DNA of 44,721 nucleotides from Tubiluchus corallicola. Its lineage: Eukaryota; Animalia; Priapulida. Every line of letters starts with the position of its first letter. Position 1 is the first letter of the stretch. The notes beneath the pieces are model-generated. The model saw nothing but the letters and a program-made list of their open reading frames with translations, had not been told where the DNA came from and made no database searches. The DNA is taken from contig JAQGDQ010001357.1 of the NCBI GenBank assembly GCA_030141605.1, forward strand, positions 1 to 44,721, given 5' to 3'. Positions 28,201-40,200 of this stretch are shown here, one piece after another. The position numbers and the translations under genes were made by a program.

Positions 28201-31200
28201 TGTAAAGTAACGAATGTGGCTTCTTCAAATTTTTCCAGGAATTACGGGATCATTCCAGTAGTAACCGATAAGTTTGGACTTTCGTTACCATGAATTTCAG
28301 TTTACAAAAATCTTGAAATAACTTCATTCTAACAGCAACCAATAATCTTGAATTTTCGTTACCGTGAATTTCAGTTTACAAACAATCTTGAAATAACTTC
28401 ATTCCAACAGTAACCAATAATCTTGAATTTTCGTTACCGTGAATTTCGGTTTACAAACAATCTTGAAATAACTTCATTCCAACAGTAACCAATAATCTTG
28501 AATTTTTGTTACCGTGAATTTCAGTTTACAAACAATCTTGAAATAACTTCATTCCAACAGAAACCAATAATCTTGAATTTTCGTTAAGGTGAATTTCGGT
28601 TTACAAACAATCTTGAAATATCTTCATTACAACAGCAACCAATAATCTTGAATTTTCGTTACCGTGAATTTCAGTTTACAAACAATCTTGAAATAACTTC
28701 ATTCTAACAGTAACCAATAATCTTGAAATAACTTCATTCCAACAGAAACCAATGACCTTGAATTTTCGTTACCGTGAATTTCGGTTTACAAAAATCTTGA
28801 AATAACTTATCCAGAGCTAAGTTGCACAGCTAATTAACACTTTTAATTCAAGCCAAATTAGTTTCCACACGTGACAAAAGTTTATTTAGAATTTTTCATG
28901 ACATACAGGTAATTTTTCCTCTCCAGGTACTGGTACATCGGAGCAGATTGCGGAACCTCTAACGTCGTCATGCTGTATAAGTGCAAACAAAAAACCTTGG
29001 AGCCAGAAAATCCCACGATGAACCCCTAAAAAGCAAAATAGTCTTATTTTTTAGCCACTAGGTGGAGCACAGCATCATTGGCTTGTCCAAGTGTCTGTCT
29101 TTTCAGTAGATGGAATATTTGCTTAACTCCTTCAGGACCGCACCATTCAAAACAGGTCGAATAAGACCCATGACTTTTCTGCTACTGTATGAGCACAGAC
29201 ATAACTAAATGATTTCAAATTATCTATGTTACAATGTTATATCATGTGTCTTTGGATATCTAATTACTGAATTGTATTTCCATGTTGTTTCTGAATTGTG
29301 GTAAATTTCTTTGTTTTAGATGCCTTGATAATGAACAGTTTGTAGGCAATAAATTCCATTTCGTTGTATCAAACTAATTGCAGAGAAAAGAAGAACAGGT
29401 GAAAATGGAAATAAAGCAAAGAGAAACGCCACTGGAGGCTTTCAACGACATCAAAGGCAGTTCAAAAGAAACGAAAATAGTAGAATCTGCAATGACGATG
29501 AAAGACATGGCAGAGGATGTACAAATGGATGTTCCAGATCTTGAATACTATCGTCTGCCAATAGGAAGTGAAGGTGCTCCAGAAGAAAAGGTAACTAAGT
29601 AGACTTGTGTTTTTTGTTTGTTTAATACGTAATCTTAACTAACTCATTCAGGAGCGCACCATTTACGATGGGTCTTATAAACCTATGACTTTTCTGTTGC
29701 TGTAAGAGTACAGACATAACTAAATGATTACAAATTAGGGACTGTTCTATTCAGGAGGATCTCGGCAATCCAATCATGCTATTTGTTTAAACATTTATAA
29801 GTGATTTAATTGGATAAAATTAAGAAGAACACGCCCTTTTCAGGCACTCCAACTTAGCCTATCGAGTAGCTTAGTCTGGTGTACACTTGCGTGATTGTAC
29901 ACACTATTTTATTGATCAATTGAGTGACAGGAATAGCCAATCGATCAGCCAAGGAGAAATTAAGGTCGTTTCGGTTATTGTAACATGAAACTCTCATCTT
30001 TTAACATGAAACTTTTAAAATGGAGGAGACTTGAAACCAAAGTGTATCAGAGTGTTGCGTCTGGACAGTTGAAATTTTCTGCATTAGCTGATTTCACACA
30101 AGTGACACTGTACATTGTTACAGTGCAAACACTGCAGTTACTGAAAGATTTTTTTCAATTTTTGTTTGTCAAAAATCGATTTTTAATTTGTCCAAGACAA
30201 AGCAATGGTATTTCATATACAATTTTGTATGAAAGTCTATTGTGTGAGGAGTAGAAACCTACAAAAATTATCAAATATAATGTAATCGCTGCTTAGTGAG
30301 AGCAGTTTTTCATGAACCCATGCAAAATGCAGCAAACACTTATGGTCCTGAAAGAGTTAACATACACAATCAGTTATAACTACATAAACAAGTATCTAAT
30401 TGCATGTAATTAATGAAAAAAAATGTTCCACTCTTTGCAATGTTTCACGGTTAATGTTCGGCGAAAGTAGGTCCAACAAAAGTTGTAAATGTACCTGTTG
30501 GTGTCAAGAAATTTAATCTAGCATTCTATAATTATTTGTTTTTTTCGTATTTTTACAAACATGCATTCCCTGAAAGTATTTAAAACGAAGCCAGCCTTAG
30601 TCATGTGACCTAAGCTTTTAGTAGTATACGCCACCTATCAATCACAGTTGTTTTTACACGTAGTTAGATTTTCTGTTGCGGCTATGCTGATCATGCCGTT
30701 TGGTGATACTTGCATTGCTTTGTCTATTTTGTTACAATTTAACAGTCACTAGTTGTATTTTCAAGCCAAAGTTGTCACCAGTAAATGTAAGTCACCATCT
30801 ACTTTAATAATTAGTTAATAGTTTAAATTGGTTAGAATTGCTTCAAATGTCTAGAATCATAAAGTAATAATTTGTGTTTCAGTCTTCTTAAATCTAACTT
30901 TTCATTTTGTCTAAATAGTAATAACCTTTAGCACGTTCTTAAGCACTTTTTGTGATCTGTTATTTTAATAAATTGCAGGTCTATCGCACAGTTCAGTACT
31001 GATTTTTGCCGTTTCTTTGCCTGGACTGGGCGCATCCACAATACCACCATTCCGAAAAACACATGGTTTACCTTTGACAAAAAGTTAGAAGGGGGGGTGG
31101 ACGATTACTTGCCTGTAACTTTTGCTGCTGCACTGGAAAACTTGAAGCTTTGATGGACAGCAAGCCATTACCGGTAAAGCAAAGCATGTCTTCGTTTAGC

Positions 31201-34200
31201 GTATTCCAAGCTACGCTGTTAGCATTGGGTTCCTGTAATATATAGAAGCAAACTGATTCAACTAGTACAAAATATCACCAAAAGATGGCAGCGTTAATCA
31301 AATTAACGTGGCGCGAACGTGAAATTGTGTTTGTGTGGTAATCATTCTTTCACGTAAGTCAGTCTGTGTGTGGAAGTTGGAATTGTACATTGTAATTACG
31401 TGCTGCCATCTATGGGCTACTCCTGTTAAATTCTACCAGCTGACTTACCCCCAGTATAATTGTATGAACCAGTGAATGCATATTCACTGGTTCTCTCAAT
31501 ATTTTAAAATAATGGTTGTTGTGAAGCCTGTGCAACTCTGCATAGGTCACCTATACCTGTATACTGACTGTTTTTGCTTTCTAGTCACTCTCACTCTCAG
31601 TCCAGTACAGCAGTCATGCTACTCATGTGACTCTCACTCTCACTCTCAGTGTTCAGTGCAGGAGTCTCTCACTCTCAATGTTCAGTGCAGCAGTCATGCT
31701 ACTCATGTGTCTCTCACTCTCTCTCTCAGTGTTCAGTGCAGCAGTCATGCTACTCATGTGTCTCTCTCTCTCACTCTCAGTGTTCAGTGCAGGACACTCT
31801 CACTCTCAGTGCAGTGCAGCAGTCATGCTACTCATGTGTCTGTAGTTTAATAAACACTTTTCTGTTGTGTGCAGTGCAAATATGTATTATAGATTTTTTA
31901 TTCTTATTCATACTTCTGTGCCTAAACTCAATCATAACAAACTGAGTGATCAACAACTTCAAACATGACTTTCACACTGTGAAAAAATAGTAGATTGTTT
32001 TGACCTGCAGTTTAACGTTGTGCCTGGTTAACATTGTGCAAGGTTAACATTGGGCCCGGTTAACATTGTGCCCGGTTAACATTGGGCCCGGTTAACATTG
32101 TGCAAGGTTAACATTGGGCCCGGTTAACATTGTGCCCGGTTAACATTGGGCCCGGTTAACATTGTGCAAGGTTAACATTGGGCCCGGTTAACATTGTGCC
32201 CGGTTAACATTGGGCCCGGTTCACATCGAGCCCGGTTAACATTGACCCCAGTTCACATCGAGCCCGGTTAACATTGGGCCCGGTTAACATTGGGCCCGGT
32301 TAACATTGGGCCCAGTTATGCTTTAAATATTTTTTTTAATTAAGCATAACTCAGTTAACACAGTTAGAAATACTGGAGTGGTTTCAGAATGAATTAGGGG
32401 TTGATAAGTAGTCACAGCATATGGCTTGCGATCCACAGGTCCCCGGTTCAAACCCAGACTCATTTGTTTTCCAACATATAAAAGCTCTAAGTCTAGGCTC
32501 ATTCAACTACAGTCATATAGGCAAACGAAAGCAATACTAAATTAGCCTAAGAAAGTAACACGACTAAGAAAGTCTGAAAAATATTGCACCACTCCTGGGT
32601 CTCGAACCCACAACCTTGTGCTTTCTGGGCAGCTGAATAGCCGTTATAAATACGAAAATGAATAACCTGGTATAACAGCTCCTTAGTCAGCACGTCGTAG
32701 ACTAAACACGTATTGTTCTCATCAACTATGGCCAGCTTTGCTCGGTTCATGCTTAAGTCCAGACAGCGGACGGCGGCCGAATGTTTCAACAAGCTTATGG
32801 GAAACGGATTATCCACAAAGATCTTCAAAACCTGAAGCGCAACAAGAATAATTAGCCTGGTAGAGCAGACAAAGAAATAAAAAAAGTAAGAATAAGCCTT
32901 TTCGCTGTTCCAGTGATTGATGATGATCGTGAAAAGGTCAAAGGTCAAGCGTGCCAAACAACCCATTTGTGTACACTTGACAATGCCTCACAGACCACGC
33001 TGTTGTGATAGTAACAGTTTTAACTTCTAGCTAGAACCTTGCCTAGTTCATTTTTTCTTGTTTTCAAGCAAGACCCTAATAGTAAATCACTCTACGCGTT
33101 AAGTAATTAATGCATATTTAAGTCCGCATAAAACACCTGAAGTTAATGAACTGATGTGGCAGACGGCTTTGCTTTACCCACATCATGTGACAATTGTAGT
33201 TAAGATGTAAGCATAATTAATTAACTTGATATGCATTAGTAATTGATGCATATTTAAGTTCACATAAAACAGCTGAAGTTAATGAACTGATGTGTCAGAT
33301 GGCCTTGCTTTACCCACATCATGTGACGGTTATAGTTAAGGCGCATGCATAGTTAAGTAACATGATATGCATTAAGTAATTAATGCATATATAAGTCCAC
33401 ATAAAACAACTGAAGTCACTGAACTGATGTGGCAGACGGATTTGCTTTACACATGTCACGTGACGCGCTATTGTGGTACTGTGACAAGGCTTATTAGAAA
33501 CAGAGCCTGAAAAACCAAAATTCAACAAAAGAAAGCATACAGACAATCGGCGGACATTTTTCATCCTTGATTTTCAACATACCTGCCCGTTCTTCAACCC
33601 GACTAGCAACCCCTCTCTTCCGGGAGGACCTCCGATGACTTTGATGTAGCGGATGACGGACTCCATCAGCCATTCCTTCTCCTTGGCTCCGTTGAAAGAG
33701 TAACAAAGCAGTTTCTTCTCCTAAACAATGGCGACAAACGTTCGTTAAAGTACAAGACAACACTTTACTTACATAAGCTGAAAAATGCATCCCATTGCAC
33801 ACAGGGATTGCATTAGCAGCAACGCCGTATAAAGCTCATAAATTTAAATTTAAGCAACGACTTTTAGGCTTGACCATTTTTACAGCAAGTCGTTCGAAAC
33901 AAGTTTAGATAACTTTGGCTGTAAAGTTTCAAAAAAAAATCAGAGCAATCATAGTACACTCTTTTGTAATAAAGTAAAAGTACAAATTACTTATCTTATC
34001 AATAAGATCAATAAAATTGTTCGTGAATCAGTGATGCACACTGGGATAGCAATACAATGACGCTTTACCTGTTGGCACGAATATTTTAAATATTGCATAG
34101 AATTTTCTTTTCTAGTTACACAAGACTTTCAAACAAGTAAGCATAATGCAGAGTAAAATAACTCTGAATGAGAAGCATTATGGGACACACTTTAAAATGG

Positions 34201-37200
34201 AAGTTTTCTGCCCTTTAAAACTGCGTATGCAAGTGACGCAAATTACTGCAAAACTGAAATGACATATGACCAAACAAAATGCCCTTATTTGGAGATTAAT
34301 AATCTACGAATGTTTTCACGGCAATTTTCTTACTCAAACTTTATAAAAAACTTTTACATTAAAAAGTTAAAAACTCAAAGTCATGCCAAACGTTTCGACG
34401 GAGCTACTGCTGTCATCATCAGTGGCAAATTTCCACAAACATACAGCCAGTTTAGAACAATATGCACTAATTATGTATTTAACAGAAGCCAAATAGGTAA
34501 TGATTAAGCAGACCTGTAGAAAGAAATTGATACAATAAATTATGTACTAATTATGTATTTACATAAAGCCAAATAGGTAATGAATAAGCAGATCTGAAGA
34601 AAAGAAATTTATACAGTAAATTATGTACTAATTATGTATTTACAAAAGCCAAATATGTAATGAATAAGCAGACCAGTAAAGAAATTGATACAGTAAATTA
34701 TGTACTAATTATGTATTTACAAAAGCCAAATAGGTAATGAATAAGCAGACCAGTAAAGAAATCAATACGTAGTGAAAGAGTTAAGAAAACCAAACACCCA
34801 CCACCCCCTTACAACAAAGTAATTATTATTAAAGATCTTCCAATTAGTTCATTAACTTTAGATAACGATAATAACAAAAATATTAACTTTCCGGAAATGA
34901 TGAGGTAACTGATTCATTTTGGCACAAGGTCAGTGGGTCAGAACCTTATCAAGGATCTAACATCGTCAGAAGTTTGAAAGACACAACTGTTTATCACAAC
35001 AACTTGTCAAAGCCCGTTTTGACTGTATGTAACTCCTACAAGACCGTAAACGCTTCCTGCGTTTTGAGTTCACGAAAAACTGCTCTCACTAAGCAACGAT
35101 CACGTTATATTTGATAATTTTTGTAGGTTTCTACTCCTCGCACAATGGACTTTCATGCAAAATTATATGTGAAATGCATTTGCTTACCTTAGACAAATTA
35201 AAAATCGATTTGTCGAAAATGCTGAGAAAATCTTTCAGTAACTGCAGTGTTTGCACTGTAACAATGTACAGTATCACTTGTGTGAAATCGGCTAGTGCAG
35301 AAAATTTCAACTATCCAGCCACAACACTCTAATTCACCTTGACCTCAAGTCTACTCTATTTTTAAGGAGAAATTCCTGTTAACAGATGAAACGACCTTAA
35401 TTTATCCTAAGCTGATCGGTTGGTTTTTCCTGGAAGAGTAGCAGAAGGCTGCACAGCTTGGGCTGTAGCAAGCAGGCGATCAATAAATTAGCGTGTACGA
35501 CCACGCAAGTGTACACCAGTCTTAGCTACTCAATAGGCTAAGTTGGAGTGCCTGAAAAGGGTGGGTTTTTTCTAAATTTTGTTCAACTAAATCACTTATA
35601 AATGTTTATTCATCTACTGTATTCATCTCCCCGCTGTAATTTACTGAGCATTGATAAAGTTGACGTTGCTATGGCAACCGAATGTTTTTTCGTCTGCCAT
35701 CTAGTGGCTTATCCCTGGACTATGTCCTACACGAAATTATTGTAATTATTATTATAACATGCAAGCCACTGTATTCATCTCCCCGCTGTAATTTACTGAG
35801 CATTGATAAAGTTGATGTTGCTATGGCAATCGAATGTTTTTTCGTCTGCCATCTAGTGGGTTTTCCCAGGAGTGTCCTACACGAAATTATTGTAATTATT
35901 ATTATAACATGCAAGTCTCTGTATTCATCTCCCCGCTGTAATTTACTGAGCATTGATGAAGTTGACGTTGCTGTGGCAACCGAATGTTTTTTCGTCTGCC
36001 ATCTAGTGGTGAGTTAAGAAGCGTTGCAAGCACGTAGCTGCATTAATTGCAGTCATACGAAATGCGTGAAGATGAAAATCACCGTTCAGCTGACGCCATA
36101 AATATTGGACAGGACTATGAAGTTAATATTTGTCATTATTATCGTGAAAACACGCCCAAACCACGAAGTTCTAAAAAATTTTTCAAGTAAGAAAGTAATT
36201 ATAACTAACGAGAATTTAGCAGGAAGTGGCAATACCTACCATCGTCTCCTCGTGTTGGCAAAACAAACAGGTGTTATATAAACGCGTAAGAAATCACAGA
36301 GAATTTTGATGATGAATGAGCGTGGCGTTCGGACTAGAGAGTCTTCTGTCAAGAGTTTCTCACTGACGGCAAAGTCGCAAGTGTGAACTGCTTTGCGAGT
36401 TACTGTCGGTAAGTTATTGCAAACTCTCCGACAGTAGCTACGAGTTGATTTACTGTCTGGTGTGAACGCCTCGGCGAGTTACTCTAAGCACTTCTCGCAG
36501 TGTTAACTCGCGCTTACTGTCGGAGAGTAACTCACAGCAAATTTTGCTCTCTAGTCTGAACGTACTTGCGAGTTACTTGGTGAGTTACTCTCGACATTTA
36601 TCGCAGTGAATAGAGAAGTGAGTGTTAACTCGTGCTTACTGTTGGAGAGTAACTCACAGCAAATTTTGCTCTCTAGTCTGAACGTACTTGCGAGTTACTT
36701 GGTGAGTTACTCTCGACATTTATCGCAGTGAATAGAGAAGTGAGTGTTAACTCGTGCTTACTGTTGGAGAGTAACTCACAGCAAATTTTGCTCTCTAGTC
36801 TGAACGTACTTGCGAGTTACTTGGTGAGTTACTCTCGACATTTATCGCAGTGAATAGAGAAGTGAGTGTTAACTCGCGCTTACTGTTGGAGAGTTACTCG
36901 CAGCAAGTTTTGCTCTCTAGTCTGAACATGCGCGTGAGTTACTTGACGAGTTTACTTAGTGAAAAAATACACTGGTGTGAAGGTGCCATAAGACCCAGCC
37001 AGCTTGGCCATATTCTCGGACGATCACTCACTCAAGTTTTCCATTGACAATCAGATTCACAACCAGTCAGGGGGTGAAAAATGACAGGGAATAACTATGC
37101 CGTAACGAAGTGATATCGTTAGTTAAGTTAGCTAGAGTAAAGTCGTATTAGTTAAGCAACACTGGGTTTGGTTAGTAAATAAATGGGTGTGTCTCAACTT

Positions 37201-40200
37201 TTGAGTAAGGCAAAGTGACTGGCCAAGTGGTCACACAACTGCATTAGGCTATAAAGTCACACAACATTAAATCTGGTTGGTAAATGGATAAGGGACCTTG
37301 CTCTGCCGTATTACCTTTATCTTGTTAAAGGAGGCCGTACATGCTTATTACTGCGGACGTGTGAATTTTTGAAGAAGAACCATGATCATTATCTAGATTC
37401 CAGTACTGCTATAACCACCTACAATGAACATACCTCGCGGTTGTGTGACACAGTTGACGTATCTTACTTACCTGACACAGTATGATGTGCTGAGAACAGA
37501 CGACAAGGAGGTTACACTCAAACCGTTTACTGATCTTCTCCTTCACCTTGTAATGCATCGTTTCACCTGAGAACATCTCGTATATTGTCACACGATCGGG
37601 TAGTTGCACCTGGAAGAAATTAAACTTTCACTATTTCCAGTAACGGCTAGTTGCTAAAATTACTGGGGTGCCGCTTTAGAAAATTCTCAGCCACGGTTTT
37701 AATGTTGTGTAAAACAAAACAAATATATGTGTGAATTAACTGATGCAGTAGCAACTGACTCAACATCAGCCTAGCTAGCTCATTTACTGTGTGAGTCAGC
37801 TGATGTAGTAGCAACTGACTCAACTTCAGCTGAGCTAGTTGATTTACAGTGCGAGTCAGCTGATGTAGTAGCAACTGACTCAACTTCAGCCTAGCTAGCT
37901 CATTTACTGTGTGAGTCAACTGATGTAGTACCAACTGACTCAACTTCATTCGAGCTATCTGATTGACTGTGTGAGTCAGGTGATGTAGTAGCAACTGACT
38001 CAACTTCATTCGAGCTAGCTGATTTACTGTGTGAGTCAGCTGATGTAGTAGCAACCGACTGCGCTTCAGCCGACCTAACTGATTTACTGCGTGAGTCAGC
38101 TGATGTAGTAGCAACTGACTCAGCTTCAGTGGAGCTAGCTGATTTACTGTGTGAGTCACCTGATGCAGTAGCAACCGACTCAACTTCAGCCGACCTAGCT
38201 GATTTACTGCGTGAGTCAGCTGATGTAGTAACAACCGACTCAGCTTCAGCCGACCTAGCTGATTTACTGCGTGAGTCACCTGATGCAGTAGCAACCGACT
38301 CAACTTCAGCCGACCTAGCTGATTTACTGCGTGAGTCAGCTGATGTAGTAGCAACTGACTCAGCTTCAGCCGAGCTAGCTGATTTACTGCGTGAGTCAGC
38401 TGATGTAGTAGCAACTGACTCAGCTTCAGCCGAGCTAGCTGATTTACTGTGTGAGTCAGCTGATGTAGTAGCAACTGACTCAACTTCAGCCGAGCTAGCT
38501 GATTTACTGTGTGGGTCAGCTGATGTAGCAGCAACTGACTCAACTTCAGCCGAGCTAGCTGATTTACTGCGTGAGTCAGCTGATGCAGTAACAACCGACT
38601 CAGCTTCAGCCTAGCTAGCTGATTTACTGCGTGAGTCACTTGATGCAGTAGCAACTGACTCAACTTCAGCCGAGCTAGCTGATTTACTGTGTGAGTCAGC
38701 TGATGTAGTAGCAACTGACTCAGCTTCAGCCGAGCTAGCTGCTTTACTGTATGAGTCAGCTGATGTAGTAGCAACTGACTCAGCTTCAGTGGAGCTAACT
38801 GATTTACTGTGTGAGTCAGCTGATGTAGTAGCAACTGACTCAACTTCAGCCGAGCTAGCTGATTTACTGTGTGAGTCAGCTGATGTAGCAGCAACTGACT
38901 CAACTTCAGCCTAGCTAGCTGATTTACTGCGTGAGTCAGCTGATGCAGTAACAACCGACTCAGCTTCAGCCTAGCTAGCTGATTTACTGCGTGAGTCACT
39001 TGATGCAGTAGCAACCGACTCAACTTCAGCCGACCTAGCTGATTTACTGCACGAGTCAGCTGATGTAGTAGCAACCGACTCAGCTTCAGCCGAGCTAGCT
39101 GATTTACTGCACGAGTCAGCTGATGTAGTAGCAACTGACTCAGCTTCAGCCGAGCTAGCTGATTTACTGCGTGAGTCAGCTGATGTAGTAGCAACTGACT
39201 CAACTTCATCCGAGCTAGTTGATTTACTGCACGAGTCAGCTGATGTAGTAGCAACTGACTCAGCTTCATCCGAGCTAGTTGATTTACTGTGTGAGTCGGC
39301 TGATGCAGTAGCAACTGACTCAACTTCAGCCTAGCTAGCTCATTTACTGTGTGAGTCAGCTGATGTAGTAGCAACTGACTCTGCTTCATCCGAGCTAGCC
39401 GATTTGCTGTGTGAGTCAGCTGATGTAGTAGCAACTGATTCAACTTCAGCTGAGCTAGCTCATTTACTGTGTGAGTCAGCTGATGTAGCAGCAACTGACT
39501 CAGCTTCATTCGAGCTAGTTGATTTACTGTGCGAGCCTGCTGATGTAGTAGCAACTGACTCAGCTTCATCCGAGCTAGTTGATTTACTGTGTGAGTCAGC
39601 TGATGTAGTAGCAACTGACCCAGCTTCAGCCGACCTAGCTGATTTACTGCACGAGTCAGCTGATGAAGTAGCAACTGACTCAGCTTCAGCCTAGCTAGCT
39701 AATTTACTGTGTGAGTCAGCTGATGCAGTAGCAACTGACTCAGCTTCAGCCTCCAAACATTTGTGTATGAACATTTCAACTTTAGATGCAAAATGTATAA
39801 ACAAAGGCAGAAAGTAAATAAACACCTTATCAAAAACAAACATTCATAATAAGAGACAAAAGTCGACAAACTCATCAATTCAAACTCGAATTAGCTGGCA
39901 ACACAAGTGGTTCCCCTAGTGGCAAGTTCAGAAACTAAACACTTACCGCCAACTTCTCCTTATAAATGGCAATCTTTTTGACGAGTTCACGACATTTTAT
40001 GCGAACTTTCTGATCCAAGGTCAAATGTTGGATGATCACGTCTGTCATGTTCTCCCGATACGCATACCTGTCATCGTACAATATCATTGTAATAATGCCA
40101 TCGTAAATCAGAGACATTTTACAACAATGTTGTAATTATCTTAAACAAATTTTTAAAGGAAAGACCAATCCTTCTGGAAAGTTAGGCTTATTTCAACATT

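Noticed and set aside
13575-28810. Regularly spaced repeats resembling CRISPR arrays
   Set aside because: Whole units repeat with no unique spacers, no cas genes, and the context is a spliced eukaryotic gene
32400-32460. Possible tRNA gene
   Set aside because: Only a B-box/T-arm-like motif; no convincing acceptor stem
33494-33802. 102-aa ORF in the track
   Set aside because: Wrong frame over the real IFT122 exon 33583-33720
37647-39674. 675-aa Leu/Gln-rich ORF resembling an LRR or helical repeat protein
   Set aside because: 60-bp minisatellite whose unit lacks a stop in one frame; IFT122 phases are complete without it
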